Under the pieces are notes generated by a model. The model saw only the letters and a program-made list of their open reading frames with translations. It was not told where the DNA came from and ran no database searches. From the NCBI GenBank assembly GCA_027062325.1, contig JAMOTN010000028.1, forward strand, positions 1-44,340: a stretch of 44,340 nucleotides of DNA, written 5' to 3'. How positions within the stretch are numbered: position 1 is the stretch's first letter; every line of letters starts with the position of its first letter. Positions 7,656-15,716 of the stretch are shown here, one piece after another. The position numbers were made by a program, and so were the translations under genes. The stretch is from a bacterium. Lineage in GTDB: Bacteria; JAMOTN01.

Positions 7656-9641
7656 GTGAGAGGGATAGCGAAGTTCTGCTTTTTAATGATTGTGATGAAC
7701 TCTTTTATTGGATGTGCTTTGAGTTTAGCAAATAAGGTGGGAAAAGTTGAAGGTATAGTTTTAGATATGTCTTATCAAAATGGGAAATACTGGCTTTTCA
7801 CTTCAGATGGAATTTACAAAGTTTACAATGAAGATAAAAAATGGTGTTTGAAGAAAACTTATGAAAACGACATTCTTGAAGTTAAGTTGTCTAACTCCGA
7901 AAATAAAGCCTTAGTATTCGATGGAAAAGAGTACCGTGTGTTTGATTTTTCCTTGACGCCTCCTTTGTGGAAGATTGTTAAGATTCCCTTAGTTCCACTC
8001 GCAGTTGGAGTTGATGATGAGGGAGAAATAGTGGCAGCTGATGATAGGAGCATTTGGATAAGTACTGGGAATGAGATGTTTAAAAAAGAGAAGTTTGTGC
8101 CTTTAGATGTGAGGAAAATAGCTAGCCGTGTATATCTACTTGCTTCTTCTGATGGTTTATACGTTTTGGATTTAAAGCAGGGGCTTGGATGGCGAACCTT
8201 CAATAGAAGAGTAAGTAAAATTTTTGTTTATGATGGTGAGTATTACTTCTTGTCGCATGATTCGCTTTATCATTTTAAATTTGGAGAGGATATTGAGATA
8301 AATAAACTATTAAGTGTAAAGGTAAAGGATTTTTGTGGAAAAATGTATGGTGGATTAGTGCTGATATTAGAAGCAGGAGTTTACATTTTAAAGGAAGATG
8401 GTAGCCTGCAACTCATGGTTGAGGGAAGTTTTGATCATGGTCGGGTTGTTTTGAGTAATGGAAAATACAAACTGTTGTTGGAGAGAAATGGCTACTTGGA
8501 GGAGTATGAATGGTTTGATGATCCAAAGGAGCAAAAGGCTTATGAGATGTATACGTTAGCGCGAGAAAAGTATAAAAAGGGCGATTATAAAGAAGCATTA
8601 AAATTGGCTCAGGAAGTGGTTAAACTTGCAGATAAGGAGGAATATGTCTTTTTTCTTGGAAAAATGTATGTTTTAAATTCTCAGCCCCTTAAAGCAATAT
8701 TTCTTTTGAAAAAGTTAAAAGGAATTGAGGCCCAGAGACTGCTTGCTCAGGCTTATGTGGCGTTGAAAAGATGGGATGAGGCGTTTAAAGTATTTTCTCA
8801 TTTACATCAAGAGGGGAGTTTGACAGCTGAAGAGATGTTTGATTGGGCTAAAAGTACGTACAATTTAGGAAGAAAAGAGGTTGCTTTCAAGATTCTTAAA
8901 GGAATTTTAGACATGGGAGCTAGACTAAAAAGTGATTATTGGAGGTTTACTGCCAAAGTTGCTTTTGAACTGGGGGATTACAAGTGGTTGTTAGAATTTT
9001 TGAAAAAGTGGTATACAGTTAATCCTTATGATTACTACATTCCATTTATGAAGGCCAAAGTTTACTGGTTGACAGGTGGAAGTTTTCAAACTGTAAAAAC
9101 TTACTTAGAACAGGCTTTACAGATGTGTGCGTGGCGAGATGTGGATATTATAACCTGGTTTGGTTATGTAAAGGTTGCATTGGGAGAAAGTATTGAAAAA
9201 GGTGAATTTTTAAAGAGTGATGTTTTGCGGCTATACATTAAGTTATCTCACGGTGAAGTATTTAAAAATATGGAGTATAAACGGTTTGAGCAACCCGGGT
9301 TTGGGGAGTTTTTATACGGCTTCTTTCTTGAAAATAAGTGGAAGTTTAACGAGGCTATAGAGTTTTACAGGTTTTCCCAACGGGCAGGAATGAGAGGACC
9401 TGAGGTGATGTATCGAATTGCTGAGAGCTACAGAAAAGCAGAGGCTTTTGAAGAGGCATTGGTGATATATAAAGAGATAATGAATAAATGGCCTGATTAT
9501 CCGAAAATGTTAGATCTTCAGAAAAAGATCAAAACTATAGAGGGAAGTGTTGTTGGTACAAATGAAAAAAGGAAGAAGGAGAAAACTCAAGAGCAGACGG
9601 ATGATATTGAGAAATTGTTGGATAAAATAGAAGTTGAATAA
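7656..9641 (+). CDS. Exported protein (possible lipoprotein) with N-terminal beta-propeller-like region and C-terminal TPR repeats
   Basis: Signal with possible lipobox FIGC; repeated short beta motifs (SDGIY, SDGLY); TPR motifs from about residue 295 (YKKGDYKEALKLAQ, FEEALVIYKEIMNKWPD). Confidence 0.65.
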   Translation: MRGIAKFCFLMIVMNSFIGCALSLANKVGKVEGIVLDMSYQNGKYWLFTSDGIYKVYNEDKKWCLKKTYENDILEVKLSNSENKALVFDGKEYRVFDFSLTPPLWKIVKIPLVPLAVGVDDEGEIVAADDRSIWISTGNEMFKKEKFVPLDVRKIASRVYLLASSDGLYVLDLKQGLGWRTFNRRVSKIFVYDGEYYFLSHDSLYHFKFGEDIEINKLLSVKVKDFCGKMYGGLVLILEAGVYILKEDGSLQLMVEGSFDHGRVVLSNGKYKLLLERNGYLEEYEWFDDPKEQKAYEMYTLAREKYKKGDYKEALKLAQEVVKLADKEEYVFFLGKMYVLNSQPLKAIFLLKKLKGIEAQRLLAQAYVALKRWDEAFKVFSHLHQEGSLTAEEMFDWAKSTYNLGRKEVAFKILKGILDMGARLKSDYWRFTAKVAFELGDYKWLLEFLKKWYTVNPYDYYIPFMKAKVYWLTGGSFQTVKTYLEQALQMCAWRDVDIITWFGYVKVALGESIEKGEFLKSDVLRLYIKLSHGEVFKNMEYKRFEQPGFGEFLYGFFLENKWKFNEAIEFYRFSQRAGMRGPEVMYRIAESYRKAEAFEEALVIYKEIMNKWPDYPKMLDLQKKIKTIEGSVVGTNEKRKKEKTQEQTDDIEKLLDKIEVE

Positions 9642-9666
9642 TAGTTGCTAGAGGAGACGTGATGAT

Positions 9667-9942
9667 ATGGAGATAGCTGGTAGTTTAACACTGGGTTTTA
9701 TACTGGGATTAGCAGTTGGGTATGCATTGAAGAAAGTTTTGAAATTAATGCTACTGATTTTAGGGGTAGTGATCATAGGTATTCAATTGCTGGTTCATTT
9801 TGATGTGATTTCTGTTACGTGGAATGGAGTGAAGTTTTCTATTCCTATCAACGCTGGCAAAATTTTTGAAGTTACTCTATACAACATTCCGGTAACAGGT
9901 GGTTTTTTAGTAGGATTTTGGTTGGGGTTCAAAAGAGGTTAG
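9667..9942 (+). CDS. FUN14 family small membrane protein
   Basis: GFILGLAVGYALKKVLK, QLLVHFDVISVTW and GGFLVGFWLGFKRG follow the FUN14 pattern; 91 aa. Confidence 0.85.
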   Translation: MEIAGSLTLGFILGLAVGYALKKVLKLMLLILGVVIIGIQLLVHFDVISVTWNGVKFSIPINAGKIFEVTLYNIPVTGGFLVGFWLGFKRG

Positions 9943-10079
9943 TAGAATGTATTTGCGTTTAAAACTTGTTGTATTCAAAAGGTTTTGTTAAATTAAAAAT
10001 ACCTTGTGTTTGTATTATATTTTTTGGTATGTAGTATGTGTATTGTATCACGAGCGTAAAAAGTAGGGAGGGATGTTCT

Positions 10080-11597
10080 TTGAAGGACTTAAGAATTAGG
10101 TTCCTCATCATTCTATTTGTATTAGGTATTACTTGGTGGTTGGCTTTTCCTTTAAAAGAAAAGGTAAAATTAGGGCTTGATTTGAGAGGAGGACTTGACA
10201 TTACCTATGAAATTGATGTAGATCAGTTGAAAAAGCTGACTTCTGATCAGCGGGCACAGTCTATTATGGATAAATTAGATGAGTTGGGAAGTGTTGATTA
10301 CAAGGTAACAGTTGATAAAGATGGTTCAATTCACGTTAAGATTAATGATTTACCTAAGAATAAACTTGTTGAGATTGAAGCTTTGATGCAAGGATTTGTG
10401 AATTACCAATTTATAAAAGTTGCCGATGGCGAATACACTCTTCGCTTTAAGAAAGAAGCGTTAACAAAACTTATAAAGGATGCGCAAATGAAGGCAGTTA
10501 CGGTTATAAGAAACAGAGTTGATGAGCTTGGCGTTAAGGAGGTTAATATTACAACTTATGGGATTGACAGGATAAGAGTACAAATTCCTGGTATAAAAGA
10601 TGCTCAAGAGGCGATTGATATTATTGGACGTACGGCAATTTTACAGTTTAGGTTGGTTGAAGGACCTGCTGCTTCAATGGATGAGAAAGTGTCTGATGAT
10701 GTAGAGATACTTCCTGAGATAACAGACAAAGGCGTTCGCTATTGGAAAGTTCAAAAACGTGTGTTATTGACGGGAGACATGTTGAAAAATGCTTATGTTG
10801 GGTTTGATAACATGGGACGTATTGCTGTTGATATAGAGTTTAACTCAGTTGGAGCTCAGAAATTTGCTAAAATTACGAATGAAAATGTCGGAAGATTATT
10901 GGCGATTGTATTGGATCAGAAAGTTCAATCAGCTCCTCAGATAAGGGAGCCAATTTATGGAGGACGTGCTCAGATTACAGGAAACTTTACAGACAAAGAA
11001 GCTAAAAAGTTGGCAATTGTGTTGAGAGCAGGTGCACTACCTGCTCCTCTTAAAAAATTGGGAGCTACCATAGTGGGACCAACTCTTGGAACAGATTCTA
11101 TCAGAAGAGGAGTTAAAGCTATTACTTACGGATTCTTATTAGTGTTGCTTTATATGATGGTGGTTTACGGTTTTGCTGGAGTTATTGCCTCGTCTGCTTT
11201 GGTTGCAAACTTCATAATAATGATGGGAATAATGGCTTATTTTAATGCAACACTTACCCTTCCTGGAATTGCAGGTTTAATACTCACAGTTGGTATGGCT
11301 GTTGATGCAAACGTTATCATCTTTGAGAGGATAAGAGAAGAGTTAGCAATGGGTAAGACGGTTGGAGCGGCTATCGATTCAGGTTTTTCAAAGGCGTTTT
11401 GGACAATATTTGATGCGAATATGACAACTTTGATAACCGCTTTGGTATTGTACTTTTATGGTACTGGTCCAATAAGAGGTTTTGCGGTTACTTTGAGTGC
11501 GGGTATTGTGGCTAGCATGTTTACAGCCATATTCATGGTCAAGTTCATATTTGACTTCTTCCACAAGATAAGACAGTACAAAACATTGAGTATATAG
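10080..11597 (+). CDS. secD: Protein translocase subunit SecD
   Basis: LGLDLRGG, RNRVDELGV, LRAGALPAP, VGPTLG, LTLPGIAGLILTVGMAVDANVIIFERIREE. Likely TTG 10080 after GGGAGG. Confidence 0.97.
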   Translation: MKDLRIRFLIILFVLGITWWLAFPLKEKVKLGLDLRGGLDITYEIDVDQLKKLTSDQRAQSIMDKLDELGSVDYKVTVDKDGSIHVKINDLPKNKLVEIEALMQGFVNYQFIKVADGEYTLRFKKEALTKLIKDAQMKAVTVIRNRVDELGVKEVNITTYGIDRIRVQIPGIKDAQEAIDIIGRTAILQFRLVEGPAASMDEKVSDDVEILPEITDKGVRYWKVQKRVLLTGDMLKNAYVGFDNMGRIAVDIEFNSVGAQKFAKITNENVGRLLAIVLDQKVQSAPQIREPIYGGRAQITGNFTDKEAKKLAIVLRAGALPAPLKKLGATIVGPTLGTDSIRRGVKAITYGFLLVLLYMMVVYGFAGVIASSALVANFIIMMGIMAYFNATLTLPGIAGLILTVGMAVDANVIIFERIREELAMGKTVGAAIDSGFSKAFWTIFDANMTTLITALVLYFYGTGPIRGFAVTLSAGIVASMFTAIFMVKFIFDFFHKIRQYKTLSI

Positions 11598-11652
11598 AAA
11601 GGTGTGGGTAGGAGAAAAGTAGTTTAAAAAAGTACGTGAGGAGGGAAGATGT

Positions 11653-12582
11653 ATGAACAGGAAACCAATAAATTTTATGGGCGCTGCAAAATACCTATTT
11701 CCAATATCCATAATCCTTATGATCATAAGCTTGGGGATTCTTACTTTTAAGGGATTGAATTACGGGATAGATTTTACAGGCGGAACGTTGCTGCATCTCA
11801 AATTTGAAAAGGAAGTATCTATATCTGATTTGAGAAAGGCTGTAGCGGATACTGGTTTAAAGGTAAGAATACAGCCTGTAGCTAAGGGAGCTAGTTTTTC
11901 ACAAATTGGTATGGGTATGAAGTTCAAGAGTGATGAGTGGATTTTAAGCACTGTTTATCTAAAGGATTCTGGAGAAGGTTGGACAAAAGCAAAGTTTATA
12001 AAGGTTTTGGAAGATAGATTAGGAGTAAAAGTAAAAGAGATACTCAAGAGTTCTGATGTGGGACCGACTATTGGAAAAGAGTTGAAATGGAAGGCAATTA
12101 AAGCGGCAGTTCTTGCTTTGATTTTCATGATGATATACATTACTTACCGCTTCGAGTTTTGGTTCGGGTTTGGTGCAGTATTTGCTTTGGTTCACGATGT
12201 TCTATTAACACTGGCGGTATTTTCGTTAGCAGGGTTTGAAGTTGAGTCTTCTTTTGTTGCAGCAATTTTGACATTGATAGGTTACTCTTTGAACGACAGC
12301 ATAGTTATTTCGGATAGGATTAGAGAAAATATGAAGATTCGCTACAGCAAGGATTTTGTAGAGTTGATAAACGTTAGTTTGACGCAGACATTGAGAAGAA
12401 CTTTGAATACCTCTCTTACAACTCTTATACCTTTGACACTGTTGGTGTTATATGGAGGGCCAGCTTTGTTTTCTTTCTCATTTGCGCTTTGGATAGGTGT
12501 GCTTGTTGGAACGTATTCTTCCATATTTGTTGTATCTCCAATAGTTTTACATGCTCAAAAAGGTGCATGGCGAGTTAAATAA
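11653..12582 (+). CDS. secF: Protein translocase subunit SecF
   Basis: GIDFTGG, VGPTIG, HDV, GYSLNDSIVISDRIRE, GTYSSIF. Confidence 0.97.
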   Translation: MNRKPINFMGAAKYLFPISIILMIISLGILTFKGLNYGIDFTGGTLLHLKFEKEVSISDLRKAVADTGLKVRIQPVAKGASFSQIGMGMKFKSDEWILSTVYLKDSGEGWTKAKFIKVLEDRLGVKVKEILKSSDVGPTIGKELKWKAIKAAVLALIFMMIYITYRFEFWFGFGAVFALVHDVLLTLAVFSLAGFEVESSFVAAILTLIGYSLNDSIVISDRIRENMKIRYSKDFVELINVSLTQTLRRTLNTSLTTLIPLTLLVLYGGPALFSFSFALWIGVLVGTYSSIFVVSPIVLHAQKGAWRVK

Positions 12583-12658
12583 TTTGCTTAGTTGAAGGTT
12601 GAACAGAATGTGTGGTTGTGTTTGTTTGAAACTTTGATCAATAATGGGATTATAATTT

Positions 12659-12687
12659 AAGGTGGCAGATAGTTCTGCCACCTTTTT
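12659..12687 (+). terminator. Intrinsic terminator-like hairpin after secF
   Basis: AAGGTGGCAGA-TAGT-TCTGCCACCTT (11-bp stem) ending in a T-run. Confidence 0.75.
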
Positions 12688-12723
12688 CATTGTTGTAGCT
12701 GTTGTTGTAAAGGAGGGATAAAT

Positions 12724-14085
12724 ATGAGAAGATTAGTGTCTCTTATTTTAATTGTGATTTTTGCTTCGATGGTTGTATCGGAGCCAGTATTGGCAGGAAC
12801 ATGGTCTAAAAAAGGTAGAAAGGCTGGTGAAAGAATAGGTGGAGCTATAGGGGAAGCTATAGGTAGTGCTGTAGATATGGTTGTGGTTGTTGGAGATAGA
12901 ATTGTATATGCGGGGAAGCAGGTGTTGAACTCTGTAAAATCTGGTGTTGATCAAATTTTTGGGAAAGTTTCAGGAGTTGCAGCTGGAATTGCTGGTGGAG
13001 TAAGTAGTGGACTTAGTGCTACTGTTAATGCTGGGAAAAATGTGTTAGATTCTGCTAAAAGTATGCTATCAGACGGCATCTCTAAATTTAACTTTGCTGT
13101 TTCCCAAACTGGACAGGCAGCATTTTCTGCTCTTGGAAAGGTTGGAAGTATTGTGAGGAGTGCAGCTAAAGCTCTAATTGAAGTTCCAGCGGAGATGGGA
13201 AAAGCACTTGTCTCAATAGTTATAGATACTGCTACTGCAGTTATGAAAGTTGTAGGAAAAGGCATTGCTTTTTCTGTTGGTGTTGGTAGTTTGGTTGTTA
13301 GTGCTTTGAAGGATTTATTTAAAGTGTTGGATAAAGGGGTTGAGAAGGCAGCTAATTTCAATCCCAAAGCTATAATAGACTGGGCAAAGGGAGCACTTGC
13401 AGCTGTTGTTTCTGTTTTAGCAGGAGTTGGAGATCTTGCTTTGAAGGGGGCAAGAGAGTTTGTAAGATTGGCAGAACTTATTACTATAAAAGCAGTAAAG
13501 GTTTTCTTAAAAGGGGTTGCCAAGGTTTTGAAGATTACTAGAGATGGAATTGATGTGGCTCTTAAAAAAGTGAATGGTGCAATTTCAAATTTGGATAAAG
13601 CTGAAAAAGAGTTGGAAAGCGGAAATGCTAGTAATGCTAAGAAGTATGTATCTACAGCAACTTTGAATGTTGAAAGTGCAGTTAATAATTTGAACAATAC
13701 TACAATTAAAGCATCTGTTAGTTTAAATAAAACCAAATATGAGATTTTGAAAACGGATTCTTCTAAGGAGTATGAAGACTATGCTCCTTCAAGAAGTGAG
13801 GTTGTCAGGGTTGCTGAGGAAACTCAGAAGGTGCAGGAGAATCTTATAGAAGCAGATGATAGTATAACTGCTTCAATTGATAGAGCTAAGCCTTCCCTTG
13901 AAAAATTGGAAACTGTGAGTGAAAATATAGGCGTGTATGAGAACTATAGAGCTTATTATAGATTGTATGTTGAGACTTTGAAAAAATACAAGGAGGGGAA
14001 GGTAAGTAAAGATGAATTGGATAAAGTTAGGAAGAAGTATTTTGAGTCTTGGAGTAGGTATAAGAAGCTCATTGGGGTTAAGTAA
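12724..14085 (+). CDS. Secreted Gly/Ala/Val/Lys-rich amphipathic alpha-helical protein of unknown function
   Basis: Strong SD (AAGGAGG); signal peptide ending VLA; glycine-zipper-like segments; long amphipathic helices; coiled-coil and Tyr-rich C-terminus. Confidence 0.8.
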   Translation: MRRLVSLILIVIFASMVVSEPVLAGTWSKKGRKAGERIGGAIGEAIGSAVDMVVVVGDRIVYAGKQVLNSVKSGVDQIFGKVSGVAAGIAGGVSSGLSATVNAGKNVLDSAKSMLSDGISKFNFAVSQTGQAAFSALGKVGSIVRSAAKALIEVPAEMGKALVSIVIDTATAVMKVVGKGIAFSVGVGSLVVSALKDLFKVLDKGVEKAANFNPKAIIDWAKGALAAVVSVLAGVGDLALKGAREFVRLAELITIKAVKVFLKGVAKVLKITRDGIDVALKKVNGAISNLDKAEKELESGNASNAKKYVSTATLNVESAVNNLNNTTIKASVSLNKTKYEILKTDSSKEYEDYAPSRSEVVRVAEETQKVQENLIEADDSITASIDRAKPSLEKLETVSENIGVYENYRAYYRLYVETLKKYKEGKVSKDELDKVRKKYFESWSRYKKLIGVK

Positions 14086-14098
14086 CAATGGAATTAGT

Positions 14099-15031
14099 TT
14101 GAATTTTAGAAAAAATAAAATATGGGCAGCACTGCTTATGTTGAGTGCTGCCCTTTTCATTTCTGGTTGTATTTATATTCCTGTTTTTTCAAGGTGGCAC
14201 TTTATAACAGAATTGAGTGTAGAGTATCCAATAGATATAGCTAGTAAGAATGGTTTCTTTTATGTATTGAGTAGGACTGGGAAGGTAGTGGTTATAGATA
14301 AGACTGGTAGCTTGACTCGTGAGATAAAACTTAGAAAAAGTATTGGTTATGGTGCTACAGGTATTGCTATAAATAGTGATGCCACGAGACTCTATATTGC
14401 TAATCCTTCAAAGGGGAAGGTTTATGTGGTCAGTGCTCAGAGCGGTAGAAAGTTGAAGACTATAGCTTATGCTCCATTTAAAGGTGAAAAATTGGAGGAT
14501 GCAAAATTAGAAGAGATAGTAGATGTTGCTTTGGGTAGAGGCGGAAGGCTTTTTATGCTTGATTATAAAGGAGAATTCATAGTAATGAAAAAGCGTCTAA
14601 AACTTTCGGAGGCTAAATTTGATCTTTCTTCTGTTGCGACAAAGGTTAATTACCCCTGGGGAATAGCAGTGTGGGATAGGGAAGTTTGGGTTACTGATAC
14701 TTATAGCAGAGCTGTTAAAGTTTATTCTTATAGTGAGGGAACTAAAACTTTAAAAGTGGTAACAGCTTTGATTAATAAAGGAATAATGTCCTTACGGCAT
14801 CCATTTAAAGTGAGTTTGACTGAGAATTACGCTTTTGTTACAGATACTGGTTGGATGCCAGTTGTAGTTTATAACCGTAAAACTAAGAAGTTTATAGGAG
14901 GAATAGGGTCTTTTGGAGAAAAGCGAGGAAAAATTATGTTACCTGCTGGTATTGCTTCAACGGAAGATGGGAAAGTTATTGCGGTAGGAGATATTTATAG
15001 AAACAAAGTTTTAATTTTCAGAAGGAAGTAA
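14099..15031 (+). CDS. NHL-repeat beta-propeller lipoprotein
   Basis: Lipobox ISGC; NHL motifs YPIDIA, TGIAIN..LYIAN, YPWGIAV..VWVTDT, LPAGIA..VGD. Likely TTG 14099; the ORF-track start at 14012 overlaps the upstream gene. Confidence 0.75.
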   Translation: MNFRKNKIWAALLMLSAALFISGCIYIPVFSRWHFITELSVEYPIDIASKNGFFYVLSRTGKVVVIDKTGSLTREIKLRKSIGYGATGIAINSDATRLYIANPSKGKVYVVSAQSGRKLKTIAYAPFKGEKLEDAKLEEIVDVALGRGGRLFMLDYKGEFIVMKKRLKLSEAKFDLSSVATKVNYPWGIAVWDREVWVTDTYSRAVKVYSYSEGTKTLKVVTALINKGIMSLRHPFKVSLTENYAFVTDTGWMPVVVYNRKTKKFIGGIGSFGEKRGKIMLPAGIASTEDGKVIAVGDIYRNKVLIFRRK

Positions 15032-15043
15032 GGGGGAGTTGAG

Positions 15044-15676
15044 GTGTTATTTTCTGCTCAAGATTGGGATGAGTTGGAAACTTCCCTTCGAAGTTGTAAA
15101 AAATGTCCTCTTGCAGAAAACAGGACCAATGTTGTTGTTGGAGAGGGAAACAGATCTGCGGAGCTAATGTTTGTTGGAGAGGCTCCTGGGGCTGACGAGG
15201 ATATTCAGGGAAGACCATTTGTAGGTAAGGCTGGGCAGCTTCTGGATAAGATTTTTGAAGTGGTAGGATTGGATAGAAAAGAGGTTTACATTACAAATAC
15301 AGTAAAATGCCGACCTCCGGGTAATCGTGTTCCTAACAATCAGGAGATGACAGCTTGTGCTCCGTTTTTGGAGATGCAGATAGAGTTAGTTAATCCAGCA
15401 GCTTTGATTGCTTTGGGATCAACGGCTCTCACTTGGTTTTTGGGCAAAGGTTATGCTATAACTAAAGCGCGTGGAAAGTGGTATAGGTGGCGTTATAGGT
15501 TTGTTTTTGCTGTTTTTCACCCCAGTTATTTACTTAGAAATCCATCGCGTAAAAAAGGATCTCCAAAGTGGTACATGTGGCAAGATATGCTGCATCTTAT
15601 GGAAGTTTACGGTAGAATTAAAAATGGGGAAAGGATAGATTCAATTCTAAAAGATTATCCCGAAAGGTTGGGGTAA
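15044..15676 (+). CDS. udg: Uracil-DNA glycosylase, family 4 (Fe-S cluster)
   Basis: CKKCPL, GEAPG, GRPFVGKAG, VKCRPPGNR, HPSYLLR. Confidence 0.95.
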   Translation: MLFSAQDWDELETSLRSCKKCPLAENRTNVVVGEGNRSAELMFVGEAPGADEDIQGRPFVGKAGQLLDKIFEVVGLDRKEVYITNTVKCRPPGNRVPNNQEMTACAPFLEMQIELVNPAALIALGSTALTWFLGKGYAITKARGKWYRWRYRFVFAVFHPSYLLRNPSRKKGSPKWYMWQDMLHLMEVYGRIKNGERIDSILKDYPERLG

Positions 15677-15716
15677 ATATTACTTCCAGATAAATATTTG
15701 CTTGGAGGTAGAAGTC

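Noticed and set aside
12951-13736. Long antisense ORFs (also 2538-3038, 22601-23248, 42243-42689 and other short track entries)
   Set aside because: Shadows of well-supported genes on the opposite strand, with no recognisable motifs.
12724-14085. Phage tape-measure protein
   Set aside because: Composition is similar, but it has a Sec signal peptide and there are no phage genes nearby.
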